Shown here one piece after another: positions 10,430-24,415 of a stretch of DNA of 64,000 nucleotides. The stretch is from Mobula birostris (Eukaryota). The position numbers and the translations under genes are program-made. The stretch lies in NCBI RefSeq assembly GCF_030028105.1, contig NC_092395.1:43800459-43864458 (forward strand), written 5' to 3'. The notes under the pieces were generated by a model, which was given only the letters and a program-made list of their open reading frames with translations, made no database searches and was not told the DNA's origin. How positions within the stretch are numbered: the first letter of the stretch is position 1; every line of letters starts with the position of its first letter.

Positions 10430-11800
10430 TGGGGATGAGGCAGGAGGACGTCGACAGGCGAGGAGTGTGCAATCTGTGAGAATTTCTGTTCTCTCCACCA
10501 CTGCTACAGGACCACAATGTACTCCTGATCCATGGGCTTGAGGTTCTTCCTTCTCAAATCCAAATGCTCCTTTTCATCTAGATTGGTCATAGGCAGGAGA
10601 GTCTCCAGAAGCCATTGAGGATGTTGCAATTCTTCAGAGAGGTTTTGAACACACATTTGAATCTTATTTTCTGTCCACCAGGCAAACTCTTCCCATGGCA
10701 GAGCTTGGAATACGGTATATTAATTCAACTCTATAGACTCAGCTATATGAACAACCTTCCCTGTCCAACATATAGAACTTCATGTAACTATGGACTTAGA
10801 ACTGCAAGTGTTTGCCTGGGAAGATTGGCATTAGTTCAATTGTCCCTGCAGAGAATTTTGTGGAGATTCCTTTGGTGGTAGTTTACAGAGCCTTAAGATG
10901 TCTTCTGTAATTATGGTACAGCTCAGATGTATCTGAAAATATAGTGACCTGTGTCTCCTGGTGAATTGTGAGTTATGTGACAGTTGAGCAGAAGGTTAAT
11001 TATGTAGTGTTCCTCAATAAAAGGGTGTGCAATTCTTTCTGTATGTATAAATGCTGGAATCACCTGTCCAAAGCAGGCTGGCTACTGAGTTTGGGAAACC
11101 TTGGTTCAAAAGTGTAGTCATGTTGGTTGAAGAGTTTCCTGTTAGATCTGGGGATTATCTGCTCTCCTGCAGAAATGTTGTTGGAGGTGGCGAGCAGCAT
11201 AGGAGCAAGACAGTGTGAGAAGGGTGTTCAGGAAAGTCTGCAAGTTTGATACTGGTCTTCACAAATAATGACTCTGTTATTAAACATTTGTAGAGCAAAT
11301 GTAAGATAGAATTGAATTTGATTGTGAACCAAGTTTGGGAAGTCTGTTCATAGACCCTCCTGATTGATGGAGTCAGAGGAGTATTCGTACAGTGAAGATC
11401 ATGACCTCTGTTCTGTGGGTGAATGAATTTCATGCTGTGATTCAGGGAGCAGCTCTACAGTCACTGAAGAGGGTGTTTGAGGAGGATTCTGTCATTTGTC
11501 CCCACTGTGTTGGTGAGTCAGGTGACTGCTGTGTATTTACTACAGTTGGATTTGTTTCTATGACAACCTATGCCTGTGAACATCCTGAAATATTGATTAA
11601 TAAGATCAATATAATTGTAAAGGTGTTGAAGATTTGCTGGGCCATGGATGACTGAAACTATTTGCTTGTCAAAACACAGAGGGGACATTGGTCAGTTGGG
11701 TAAGTGAGTGAAGGAATGGCAAATGGCGTTCAATCCAGATAGCTATAAGGTTTTTGCTTTTTGCGTTTTTCTTTTTGTGCATGAATGATGTGAACAATCA
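10430..11800 (-). mobile_element. RTE (BovB-like) LINE relic
   Basis: Antisense C-terminal RTE motifs (PGGQKIRFKCV-like); heavily decayed. Confidence 0.5.
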
Positions 11801-11827
11801 TGGTCTTTCCATGACGATGATCGTTCT

Positions 11828-12150
11828 TGGCAAATATTTCTCCAGAAGTGCTTTGCCATTGCCTTCTTCTAGACTGTGTTTTTCCAAGCTGCGTGACCCC
11901 AGCCATGATCGAAACTTTTCAGAGATTGTCTGCCTGGGGTCAGTGTAACATATCCTGCAGTAGTGATATCCACCAGCTGCTCATACTAGCATCCATCAGC
12001 TGCTCCCATGGATTCTCTTGACCATGATCACGGGGCGGGGTGTTAGGTAGCGGTTACACCTTGCCCAAGGATGACTGAGGCTATCAGAGGGTACAAGTGG
12101 CATACATCTCCTCTGTTAGAGAGGTATTTCCACCTTGCCACCAGGGTATC
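11828..12150. mobile_element. RTE-tail-related SINE-like repeat
   Basis: Contains gaagtgctttgccattgccttc, characteristic of RTE-partnered SINE tails. Confidence 0.45.
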
Positions 12151-13999
12151 ATGTTTTGAGAAATAATACTACCATAGGACAACCACAGAAAATGGTCGGC
12201 CTCTGTTGAATGTTGTGGAATAGAAAGACCAATACGCAATATTACATATTGTCTGGAATATCGTCACAGCTAAAAAGGATTGAATAGAAGTCATTTGCCA
12301 CACTGGCCAGATCAGTCAGGCCACCAAATATAGGTTTCAGGACACTATATTACAGTTAAAAGTCATGGGTGAGGCAGTACCTGGAGTATTGTGTACAGTG
12401 TTCATTGCCCCGTTATAGAAGCAACCTCATTAAGCTGCAAAGAGAGCAAAGACAGTCTCTGAGAATGTTGGTAATACCTCAGGGTTCTAGGAGGAGGTTG
12501 GGTAAGTGAGGACCTTTTCCTTAAAGTGGATAGAATAAAGTGTGGACTTACAAAATTATAAAATATGAAGTGGAAGTATAGATAGGGCAAATCCAGAAGG
12601 TCCTTTTCCAAGTGATGGGGAAGTAAACACTAGGGGGCCTAGGTTGAAAGTGAAAGGACCTCCATGCAGAGTGCAGTGTATATATGGAAAGAGATGCCAT
12701 AGACAGGTATAACAACAACAATATATGGTGATGTGTATCTGAACCTAAAATGGATACAGCAATAAATAGAGAGTAGCAGTAACAGGTTATTTATCAGACT
12801 GGAGGTAGATGTGAGTGAGTACTACAGTGATGATTATGATGACCACCACTCTTTTGCCTATTTCTTTTATTGTGCTGCACTTGGGTTCAGTGGACGCAAC
12901 CTCCAGATTTGCAGGTGGCACAAAACTTGCAGGTGCAGTGCAGTCTGAGGATGATAGCAATAAGCATTAAGGGGGCAGTGGCAGGCTTGTGAAGTGGTGA
13001 GACAGGTGGTAGAGAGAGACATGGACACAGTGAAACTAGGAACCGTAGTAGGCCATTCAGCCCCGTGGACCTACTGTCTCATCCCACATGATCATGGCTG
13101 ATTACCTTCTTCCAAACCCATTCCTTCATCCCCAAATTCCTTCATTGATTCAGCACTGAGAAATGTACCCAACTTCTTCCTGGATATTTTAATAACTTGG
13201 ACACCACTTCTTGTTTTTGCCTCTTCAGTGATTGATGATATCTCCTTTGGAATGGTTCTGTCCAGTCCTCCTGAAATTTTAAATTTTACTGTGAGAGCCT
13301 CTCATTCCTCTTTACCTTGGTGAATATTGGCCTTCCCAACAAGTTCTCCTTTCACAGAGAAATACTGACTGCAACAAGGACACAAAATATACTCTGGTTC
13401 GGAACCTCATTCTCCATCACTGCATCTGGCTTGGAGTCCCACCACTACAAGCTGACTTTGTACTAAATTATGTATCTGCCACACTGGGTCTAGGTAATAA
13501 GTGAAATTACTTGGGGCGTGGCATCCCAGCTTCCTGAACAGATACAAGACTTTTCTCTACTTGTCAATGGGGAAAAATACTCAAATTTGTTCTGTTCATC
13601 AAACGCAGCACAGATCCAATCCAACTAATTACTGTATTTTTAATTGATAGTCACTCATCAGCAAATGTGGAACAATTCATGGATAATGGTATTAAATGTC
13701 ACTTACACAGCAATAATTTGACAAATGAACCACACATTGATTTTCACAGAAAGATTTGGCTTTAGATATTGAAACGAGTCAGTAGGAGATAGAAGAGCCA
13801 ATAAGTAAAGGGAATTCATGTTATAGAATGTGGATATTAACAAGGGAATTATACAGTAGTGTTTTAAACTGCTGCAGAGTGGACTGGGATTGCCTCAATG
13901 AGAGGGGCTTAGATGAGTGAGTCTCAAGAAGTGGTAGAAATGTCAGTAAACAGTATTTTGGTGATAGTGGGAATTGTTCCGTACATTTCAATGCCAATT

Positions 14000-15050
14000 T
14001 GTGAAGTGTTCACACTTATCTGGGAAAGCTGATTCCAGTAATAGATAAAGCTGATTGGAAGAAGCTGCTTTGGGTACAAACAATATCTAACTTGTTTGAA
14101 AAGTGTTAGAGTGAGTGCTCAGGGCTAACAGGCTTCTATAAAGGTGAATGGAATGGATGGATAGATTAAAAAGTCATCAATATCAAGGTATATGAAGGGC
14201 TTAATGAAGCAATGAAAGAAGCACATAGCTTGTTTATATGATTGAAAATGGAACAGATCCTTGCATATGAGGACATAGATGATATCTTAGGAGAGCAAAG
14301 AGGAGCCATTAAGCCATTAAACACACTTAACACACAGGTAAACAAGAATCCCAAGGCATTTTACAAGTATGTTAGGTGAAAAGAAGTAAATAGGGAAAAC
14401 ATTGTGTTCTTTTGGGACAAAGTGGAACCTCTGCTTGGAGCCAGGGGATGTGAGTGAGAACTTCAATGGATACATCTCAACTCTATTCAGAAAGGGAGAA
14501 ACCCATAGTAAATGGAGAGTTTAGGGCAAGGGACAGTGATATTACGGAGCATATTTGTTTTGAGCTCTTTGTGGCCTGTGCGGTGATCCAGAGAGCATTG
14601 GGCTCTGAGCTTTCTAGAGCACCTGTGTTTGTTAATTGTTGTCTCAACTGGAATCTTTAATTGTTGGTGCTTTCTGTTTAATCTTGTTAAGATTATTCTG
14701 AGTGGTGCATAGTCAGCACGGTTATACTTCTAGGGAAGCATGTCCGAATAATTGATTGAATTTACAGGTATAACAAGAAACTGGATCAACTGAGTTTGTT
14801 TCCTTTGGACCTGGAGAGGTCAAGGATAAGAGCCGATAGAGGGATACAATATTATGAGGAAGAGATATTGTAGACACAAGGATATTTCTCCAGTGGATTG
14901 AGAGCCTGAAATCTGTGAGATTACACCCAAAAGCAGATAAGTGGGGCTGGAACAGAAAACTAAATTATTTGGCACTGACATGATGGGCTGATTGTCCGAT
15001 TTCTGTTCTGTGTAAGTCTATGACTCATCATAACCTTAGGTCAAACATTG
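14000..15050 (+). mobile_element. Old CR1 LINE fragments
   Basis: Degenerate CR1 ORF2 (..aatcccaaggcattttacaagtatgttagg..) and 3' tail. Confidence 0.55.
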
Positions 15051-15069
15051 ACCAAAGAGCTGAATTCTA

Positions 15070-16130
15070 GAGGTAAAACGAGATTTACTGCTCTCATTGT
15101 GAAGGCAGAATTTGATCAGTTGTAACATCAATGAGATCTGTTACACCAAATTTAATGTGTATCATGATGAAAGTATACCAATGACTGGAATCATAGCAAT
15201 CACTAAGAATACTGTTGTCATTGTTGTATGTCAGTGTTTCCACTCCCAGGATGTCTCATGGAGTATATTCAACACAACAATGTTTAAAAGCTTCATCTAT
15301 GACCTTCCTTTCATTGTAAGAACAGAAGCAATAATGTCGATTGATGATTGCAACTCTTCAGCTCATCCACCAGTTCATAACTACATGTAGCATGTCCTGG
15401 ACAACATACAAAAATTTGGCTAATAAGGGGTGAGTTATGTTCACATGACAGATGTGCCAGTCTAGGGTCATGTCCAAGAAGAATATGTCAAGCTACCTAC
15501 CTATGGCATTCAGTGCCATTACCATCACAATACTTTTCCACCATTTACTCCACAACATCGAAGACAAAAACAAAATGGAATACTCTCCACTTTGGAAGAT
15601 GTGTACAGGTCCAAAATCATTTCAGAATCTCAACACCATCTAGGACAAGGCAGGCCAATTTCCACCACCAACCATAGTAACTCCACGATGGATGGTCAGA
15701 ATCCCCACAATGAAAGTGTTTGTTATGGGGTTAGCAACATATCTCGTAAAATCCAAGAGCTACAGATGTCCTAATAGAAGCTTCAAATTCCTCATCCCTG
15801 AGAGGAGGAGTTTTCTAGGATGTGCTAAACCTGGGTACAACTTTGTTGAGTGGTCAGGACAGTGGACTGTGCCTGTAGCCTATGATCTAGGAGGGTGACA
15901 GTCTTAAACAAACAATCAACAACATCTATTCTATCCACCACAGGTATACAATGGATGTAGTGTGGTCCATTGACAAAATATCCTGCTATTACTTCCAGAG
16001 GCTACTCAAACAACACATCCAAAACCATTCAGCTCTACCACCAAGTGCACAAAACCAGAACTAGCAGGAAATGCCACCTGCAAGTTTACATCCAAGTCAC
16101 AAGCTATCCTGACTTGGAAATTTCTAGTTA
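15070..16130 (+). mobile_element. Old CR1/L2-group LINE relic (RT C-terminus)
   Basis: Degenerate motifs such as gaatactctccact..caacaccatctaggacaagg; the same family occurs at 20.8-23.3 kb and 32.8-33.3 kb. Confidence 0.45.
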
Positions 16131-16984
16131 ATAGATGAAATATGTGTTCTTGGGCCCTGGAAAAAATTGGGTAATGGGCCGGTGTTAGGTAGTATTCTGA
16201 TTGATTAGCTTTTGAGAGAAAGATGCTAAAACATCAATGGCCACACGTGAGTTCACTTGAGTTAGATCTGTCTCTGTCACTGTCTAAATATCACAGCCAA
16301 TATATTAGTGCAGGGAGAATAAATTGCAATAGTTAGAAGGGAACGAGATAAATATCTGAAACTGCAGGATTGTGGGTAGTTGGCAAGGGGATGTATTGTC
16401 ATTTATAATGTGCTGCTCTGAGGTGAACAGGCCAAATGACCTCACAATGTCCAGTAAACATTCTATTTCACTATTATTTAGCTTCTTCTGATGACCTCTG
16501 AGTCTGAGACAGTGAATTTAGCACTGGTATCTCCCAAATAAAACCTCCATGCTTTTGTGCAGTTAATAACATAGATAGTTGTCTGATATTTCCTCGTTTC
16601 TTCACTTGTTTCTGTAATGTCTGGTCACTGAGATGAAATGAGAGCATCCATCTCCAACATAGTACAACTCCCTTTATAGCTTTTGTTAGATCTGGGGATG
16701 ATATTGCCCAGAAGATTTTTTTGGGAGTGAAAACATGTTTATGGTTACACCTGTTTTATTAGATGTTCATCATAGCAGAGGACAGATATGTCCAGCGTGA
16801 TCCAGCAAACAAAGCAGACAAATAACAAAGGGATGTGAGTAAATTCTTCACATTCATATTGGAAAAGCAGTCGGACTGGTCCCTGATAAGAAACCTCAGA
16901 CCAGTTACCAATTCACACTTCGCTTTGGCCAATATTTAGGAGAAACAGATACACTACCGGTTGCTAAACATCCATGGATAAATA

Positions 16985-18390
16985 GATTCAGTATTCAAGA
17001 TTCAACAATGTCATTTCCAGGCACTATGAATGTGTAGAGGAAAATGAAATAATTGTGACTTCAAATCTGATGCAACACAAAAAGCCAGCAAGATTTAGAA
17101 CACAATACTAAAAGAAACAATAAATATGAATACATGAGATAGCTTATATATTTAGATTGATTGAATGTCCATAAACTGACGCTAAGTACAGGAGTGTCTG
17201 TACAGAATGTGACTCTGATATGAAATGATAAAGTAGTTGGGGGTGTGGAGGTGAGGGTTCACGGGTGGAAGTGTTGATCATCCTTATTGCTTGGGGAAAT
17301 TAACTGTTCTTCAGTCTTGCCATCCTGGCATGGACGCTATGCAGCCACCTCCCAGATGGGAGTAGTGCAAACAGTCAATGTCAGGGTTGGTGGGATCTTT
17401 CATGATATTACTGGTTCTTTACCAGCATCTTTCTGCATATATATCCTTTATGGCAGGTAGGCTGGTGTTGGTGATGCACCGGACATACCCATTGTAGAGA
17501 ATTTCTTGTATACCACCGTGTCGTTTCCATCCGACACATGATAAAGTTTGTTAAGAAGGTCTCTACTGAGCATTCATAGAAAGACATGAGTGAAGTTGTG
17601 CAGGATCCAGCTCTTTTTAACCTGCTCAAAAACTTGGATGTTGGTGAGCGTTTCTGATAGTGTAGGTTGTGTTCTGGGACCATGAGAGACTGTACAAGAT
17701 GTGCTGTCCCAGGAGTTTGAAACTGCTCGTAGTTTCCAGTGCTGTGCTGGCAATGTGATGTGAGTTCTCCTGATGTCAATAATATTATTCTTTGTTTTGC
17801 TGACATTCAGAAAGATGTAATTGGCCTGATACGAGACCTCAATGTGTGAGCAGAGTAGAGCAATGGGCTCAGCACACAGCCCTGGGATGTGGGGGGTGCA
17901 CATGTTGGAGATGATGGAGACTGACGAGCAGTTGTGCATCCTGACAATCTGAGGTCTCTTTATTGAGAAATCCTATGTCCAGTTGCACAGTGCTGCATTC
18001 CGACTGAAGAGTAGGAATTTATTAACCAAGATCTATGTGACCATGGTGTTGAATGTTAAGCTGAAATCCAGAAGCAGCATTCTGATACATGGGTCCTGTT
18101 TTCTCAGTGTACCAGAGCCACATGCTTGACAGATGCTGCCATCTGACATAGAGTGGGTCTGTCGGTAAGCATACTTGTCAGTGTCCATCTAGCAGGAGTG
18201 CTGCTTCTGACATGTGCCATTACCAGTTAGCTAATTTGAAGCATGTGGGGATAATGAAATGTTGTAGGTGTCTGTGAAGAGGTCAGTGAACTGATGTGTA
18301 CATTTCCTGAGTACTCAGCCTAAGATATTGTCTGGTCCAACTGCCTTACGGAGCTTGACTCTCTGCAGAGTCCTTTTGATTATACAAACC
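16985..18390 (-). mobile_element. Rex1/Babar LINE fragment
   Basis: RT C-terminal peptides (NVSKTK.IIIDIRR; FYECSVET) with an AT-rich tail at ~17000. Confidence 0.75.
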
Positions 18391-18624
18391 TAAAAGGCAG
18401 TGTAAGTAAATGTAAAAGTGGAAAAATACAATGAAAGCAACAAGCTGGACTCTAATCAAAAGACCAAAGTCAGTATCAGAATGATAATCAGGTTTACTAT
18501 CACTGGCAGATCCAATACCCTTCCCTTGTGACTCTCTTTTTTAGAAAACAAAATAAAAAAAAACTTCTTCATCTTGTAAGACAGGCCATTATTAGTAGTT
18601 CTTTAAGAAAAAAAAAACAGTCCA

Positions 18625-19060
18625 AAGCATTGAAGGTGTCAGAACAAAAGATGGCAATGCGGAAGCATACAAGAATGAGACACATCACCTGATTGAGGTG
18701 TGTTATAACAACAACCTTGCACTCAATGTCAGTAAGACCAAGCAATGGATTATGGAATTTGACAGAACACACACCAGTCCTCATTGAGGGATCAACATTG
18801 GAAAGGATGAGCAGTTTCCTTAAAAGGGGATGACTCAAACAGGCAACATCCATCATTAAGGATCCATCACTCAGGAAATGCCCTCTCTCCATTGTTACAA
18901 TCAAGGAGGAAGTACAGGAGCCTGAAGACACACACTCAATGTTTCAGCGACAGCTTCTTCCCCTCCGCTATCAGACTCCTGAATGAACAATGAACCCATG
19001 AACACCGCGTCGGTATTTTCCACCCTCTTTTTGCACTAGTTATTTTCTTTAATCTTTTAT
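18625..19060 (+). mobile_element. Rex1/Babar LINE 3' fragment
   Basis: aacaacaaccttgcactcaatgtcagtaagaccaag (NNLALNVSKTK) and the family 3' UTR. Confidence 0.7.
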
Positions 19061-19149
19061 ATATATTGGCTTAGGGTTAGTTTCAGAGCTGGCTGATGTA
19101 AGAAAGTCCTACCAATGGCAGGGCTGAGGGACAGCATAGAGCCGCTGCT

Positions 19150-19740
19150 CATGGCTACACAAGAGGATTAGAAACAGGGTTCTATGACACAAGAAAAGAC
19201 CCAGGATGCAGACGGTGCCAGGAATTTGCTGAAGCCATCCAGCATATAGTAGTAGGCTGCAAGATGCAGGCAGGGACAATGTGCACTGAATGGCACAACC
19301 AATTTGCACTAATTATCTATGGGAACAGCTTTGCTGAGTATGGATTGGATGCTCCCCAGTCCAAATGGGAAAAACCTGAGAAGGTAGTGGAGAATGAGAG
19401 AGGTAAGAATCTGTGGGACTCCCAAGTACAGACAGATAAGCAGGTACTGGCCAGCCAGTCAGACATAGCAATATTGGAGAAGGTACAGAAGAAAGCAATA
19501 GTAATAGCTGTGTCAATCCCAAATGTAGAATCATTGGGAAGAAGGAATATGAGAAACTGCAGAAAAGAGCAGGGCTTAAATGTGTAGATAGAAAGAGTGT
19601 GAAAGTTTAAAGCCAAAGCATTCCCAGTGGTGATAGGAGCACATGGGGGTGTGACACCTGGACTGGGACAGTGGCTGCAAAAAATTACAGCAATAATATC
19701 TGAAATCTTGTACACGCATGTACACCACCCATAAGGGGTT
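19150..19740 (+). mobile_element. R4/Dong-like non-LTR element, REL endonuclease fragment
   Basis: ORF 19264-19587: CKMQAG..HNQFA.IIYGN..KVVENERGKNLWDSQVQTDKQVLASQSDIAILEK, i.e. the CCHC-adjacent region and PD..D restriction-like domain. Confidence 0.75.
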
Positions 19741-20819
19741 TAGAAAAGTAAATATCCCTTGTTGAAATTTATAGTTCATTATTATTAGAAATTATTATGT
19801 AGAGTTCATGTAAAACAACAAATTGCAACATGCCAGTGAAACTAAATACGAGTCTAATTATAAAAGTTTTCCCTCATACAGAGAATATAATTGATCTCCT
19901 TCCATAATCTTTAGACAATATTATTGCATCTGAGGCAATTATTGTTTGCTACCAGTGTTTCAGTCATAAATTATCATTCCTCACACCATAGAGTGTGGTA
20001 TTTTTGATAGTACTAATACATTAATATTATTTGACTCTAATATTCCAATTTGTTAATAATGAAATGCAGAATATATTAAGACCTTACATTCCAGTCATTA
20101 ATAAATTTTAACATAAACTTTAAGATCCTTGGAATAAAAAGAGGGCTATGAAATCTATCACTATCACAAATCAGCTGAATCAAATTGTGCAAAATTATGA
20201 TTGGAAGAAATTCTATGGGAACACTGAGAAAGAATTCCATGCGAAATTGAATGTTATTGAGCTGTGTCAAATCTGGAGAAACAACGCATTTTAATGATCA
20301 ATTTTATCAATAAAAATGCCTTGCCATTTAAAAAAAAGGAGCTTTGGTTCTGATCATATCATCTGCTGTCTGGATATGAAAATAGCAAACATCTGTGGCC
20401 CCAGCAGCATAGAAGCTGTTATTTTAAGGGGAGGGACAGCCCAGAACATTTATATTTGCATTTTGTATCATATTATCCAAATATCACTGTTTCTGTTTGG
20501 CCTCATATTCTTTTAAGAATCTGTCAAGCTCTTGACATTTAAAGGGACATTATCTCTGTTGCTACCCTTGAGTTATGGTTGGGAGAAGAAGAATTGCTTC
20601 TGAAATTGTGCCATATTAGTTGTCAAAGCAAAATCACCCCACAGATTAATTCATAGAAATCCTGGGGAAAGCAACGTTAATGAGGCCTGATGGTTTCACC
20701 ATGTGACAGTGAGTTGAACCTCATTACATGCCAAAGATTGGTTTCTTTTCCATTGAAATCAAAGGAGTTTAGAAATGAAGAGATTTGTTCTGTTCAGTGC
20801 CACCTAATTTACATCCTCT

Positions 20820-23250
20820 GGGTGATCACTTCTACCAGTACGATCATTGACAAAAGCATCTGCCACCAGTGCAATAGTGAGATTGAGGTTAAATATGTTT
20901 CTCACTGCTGTTGTTCATTCATTGTCTGTGGCAGGCTCAGTCTGGAAGCTCTGTTTTTCAGGTCTTGGAGAACTGAAACTGTGGTGATGCAAGCAAACCA
21001 CCCTTTGTGATGGTCATTAAAGTCCCAGAGAACATTTTGTGTCCGTGCTTCTCTCAGTACTTGCTTAGCATGGGGAACATTGATTCATCAAAGGAGGGAG
21101 GCCAGGAGATTGTAAGCAGGAGGAGGTCTATCTGTCCACATTTCACCTGATATTATGAGACTTCACTGTGTCTGGATTCAATACTCAAGACACCAGGGGA
21201 TCATTTCCCCTGCCAGCACACCAATGTGTCCAGAACTCCAGACAGTCTTTCCGAACAGGACATAACCAGAATGGTGGGTGGTGAGGGTGGAGTTGGCATA
21301 TTGCCTGAACTACTCTTGCCTATTATTGCATCTGTGCTTTGCACAATGGAAAGAGAAGTACCCAGAACAAAGATATCACTGCAGGATGATGAATTTGCAG
21401 ATTCTCTTCTGTTTATCATCATTGCAGGCTTTCCTCAAGGCAGAGTCCTCACCCCAACTGCTTCATCACTGACTTTCCTCCCATCATAGAGGCAGGTGGG
21501 ATGTTCCCTGTCATATGCAGAATGTTCAGTTCCACTTGCAACCATTCAGCTGATGTTGCAGTCCCAACCTGTTTGCCACCCAGATGTTGATTAAATTCAG
21601 CCATGACCTGATAAGTGACAAGTGATATTTGCACTCAAACCAGCCAGTGGAGAGCATTGCATGATTTTATATCATAAGCCCAGGGATATATGAACTGATT
21701 TAGGTCATGTGGACCATCATATCTGCTCCATCATTCCATCATGTCTGATCCATTTTCCTTCTCAGCCCCTATCTGCTGACTTCTCCCATATCCCTTCATG
21801 CTCTGACAAAACAAGAATCTAGCAATCTCTGTCTTAAATATACCCAATGACTTGGCCACCAGAGGTACTTGCAGCAACACATTCCACAGATTCACCACTC
21901 TCTGGCTATAATTTCCTCCTCATCTGCATTCTAAAAGGATGCTCCTCTATTCTGAGGATGTGTCCTCTGGTCTTAGGTTCTCCCATCATAGGAAACATGC
22001 TCTCCACATCCACTTTGTTAAAGCATTTCAACATTCAATAGGTTTCAATGAGGTCACACCTTATCCTTTAGAATTCCTGTGACTACAGGCCGATAGCCAT
22101 CAAATGCTCTTCATATGACAAATCTTTCAGTCCTGGAATCATTTTCATGAAATTCCTTTGAACCCTCTCCAGTATCAGTACATCCTGTCTTATATACTGG
22201 GCCCAAAATTGCTCACAAAATTCCAAGAGAGGCCTTACATGTGCTTTATAAAGCCTAAGCATTATATCCATGCTTTTATATTCTAGTCCTCTTGAAATGA
22301 ATACTAACGTCACATTAGCCTTCCTTAGTTCCAACTGAACCTGCAAATTAACCTTTATGCAATCCTGTTCAAGAACTCCCAAGTCCCTTTGTATATCAGA
22401 TTTTAATTGTTGCTCCATTTGCAAAGTAATCTATCCTTTTATTTCTTCAAAGAAAGTGAATGACCATACGCTTCCTAACCCTGTATTCCATTTGATTCTT
22501 CTTTGCCCATTTCCCTGATCTGTGTTAGTCCCTCCTTAGCCCGTCTACTTCCTTAAAACTACCTATCCCTCCACTTATCTTGTAATGTCCAGAATATTCC
22601 CTGGGACTTTAATGGCCATCACAGAAGGTAGTTAGTTTGCACAACCACAGACTAAGCTGACTGAGTCTGTGGTAGGTAGTGAATGAAATATAGCAGGGAG
22701 AATCATATTTGACCTCAATCTCACCAATCTAGCTGTGGCAGATGGCTCTGTCAATGATTGCACTGGCAGAAGTGACCACTGGAACATCTTTGTGGAGACA
22801 AATCCCATTTCTACATCGATGACTCCCTCTATTGTATGATGTTGTAAGGCATGACAGACATGTTACAGATCTGACAGCTCAGTACTGGGCATCTATAAGG
22901 TCTGTCTGGACTATCAGCATCAGCAATGTTTTCCACCACCATAATCTGTAACCACACAGCCTGGCATATCCCTAACCCTCCTTCACTGTCCAGCCAGAGC
23001 ATCTACTCCAGTGGAATGATGAGCGCTGTTGGAATTCTGGGAGCAGCACCAGTCTGTCCCATTACTGATGATGCCTCACAGTGTTGAGGAGGCAACACAG
23101 GACTACATGACATTAAATAACAAACACAGCACCGACTGTGCAGACCTGAGAGACTTCATTTCCAATGGATCAGATCAATCCTCTGAGTCTTACCACAATG
23201 CATTATGAAGCAGGAGGCTCTGAGAAAATCCCCAGCCTCAATGATGGATC
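20820..23250 (+). mobile_element. Old CR1/L2-group LINE relic (APE region), split by a CR1 insertion
   Basis: Endonuclease motifs (RLSGVLDT; DLNLTNLAVAD..GRSDH) on both sides of 21700-22590. Confidence 0.5.
21700..22590 (-). mobile_element. CR1 LINE 3' fragment
   Basis: ORF 22083-22424: ..RGLEYKSMDIMLRLYKAHVRPLLEFCEQFW..LERVQRNFMKMIPGL. Confidence 0.8.
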
Positions 23251-24072
23251 AGCCAAGCGAGTGCGCGCTAACGAAAAGGTTGAAATATTCACAAGCTATT
23301 CTCCTGAGATTTGCGCTCTAAACTCTAAATGGTTTACACAGGCATTCAAGAAAACCTTTTTGTCAATGTTGAATGTTGTACCTCATTTCAGACATTTTTA
23401 ACCCATCAATCCATCCCTTTTCTTGAGTAATTTAAGTATTAACAACTGGATAATACATTAAAAATTAAAAATACATGATCATTGTAAGGCCTAGCCTGCT
23501 GGGAAGTGATTATTCCAAAACAGGACGAGAATATTTCAAATCACTCCAAATTGCTTCCCAAAGTACCAGTTTGGAATCAATGACATTTAATAAGTGTGAA
23601 ACTTACACCTGGATTTAGAGACCCTTACATTGTACACCACATTGAGCAGAACTGCAAAACGTTTGTAATAACCATGTCAATATTTGCTTCAGTAAAGAAG
23701 GGAAGGAAACAGATAAGAAAGGATAAAATGTGAGCTTAAGGCAGAACAAAAAAAACAAAAAGATAATTTTATGAAGATTCTTGATGAAAAACAATCTGAA
23801 ATACCTTCAGGCTCTACAGTGTAATTCATCTTAAACACTCAGGCCATAGAAAACAGGCAGAAACAATAAGTAGTCAGATCTGACAGAGCTCTCTCCTTCA
23901 CAGAGCTTATTCACATAGTTACATGGCCTCCCGACACATAAAAAGTTCTCTGAAATAATTTCTCATTTACTTACACAGAAACTTTCTCCTAGTCCTTTCA
24001 AATTTCTTGTGGCAAAATTAGGATTATCTCAAATTCCTTGGAGAAGAGAATGCAAGACACTCAGCAGGATTG

Positions 24073-24111
<39 letters not shown>

Positions 24112-24164
24112 CCCCTCTCTTTCTCTCTCTCGTTCTGGAAAACTTTCTTTCTTTCTTTCTTTTT
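24073..24164. repeat. (CT)n / (TTTC)n microsatellite
   Basis: Seen directly. Confidence 0.9.
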
Positions 24165-24415
24165 AAATCTTTTTATTGAATAAGTATACAAAAAGGTAAG
24201 CCATATAGGCACTAATACACTGTTAGAATATAATAAAATTACAGGAGATATTAATACACAAAAAAAATGATACAAACAATGTAATTTAAACATAACATAC
24301 TAAGGTAACATAATAGTATACTAATTTATATATATATATATCAATAGAGAAAAGGAAAAAAAGACCCCAAAAAAAACCCACCGTGCAACTAACTAAAAGC
24401 AAAGCAAAGCAATGG
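24150..24415 (-). mobile_element. Probable L1-like LINE 3' UTR/tail
   Basis: T-rich tail followed by aaatctttttattgaa (AATAAA on the minus strand); AT-rich UTR. Confidence 0.4.

Noticed and set aside
12618-12632. CTCF-like CACTAGGGGGCC
   Set aside because: A mutated version of the standard CR1 3' sequence, with extra mismatches.
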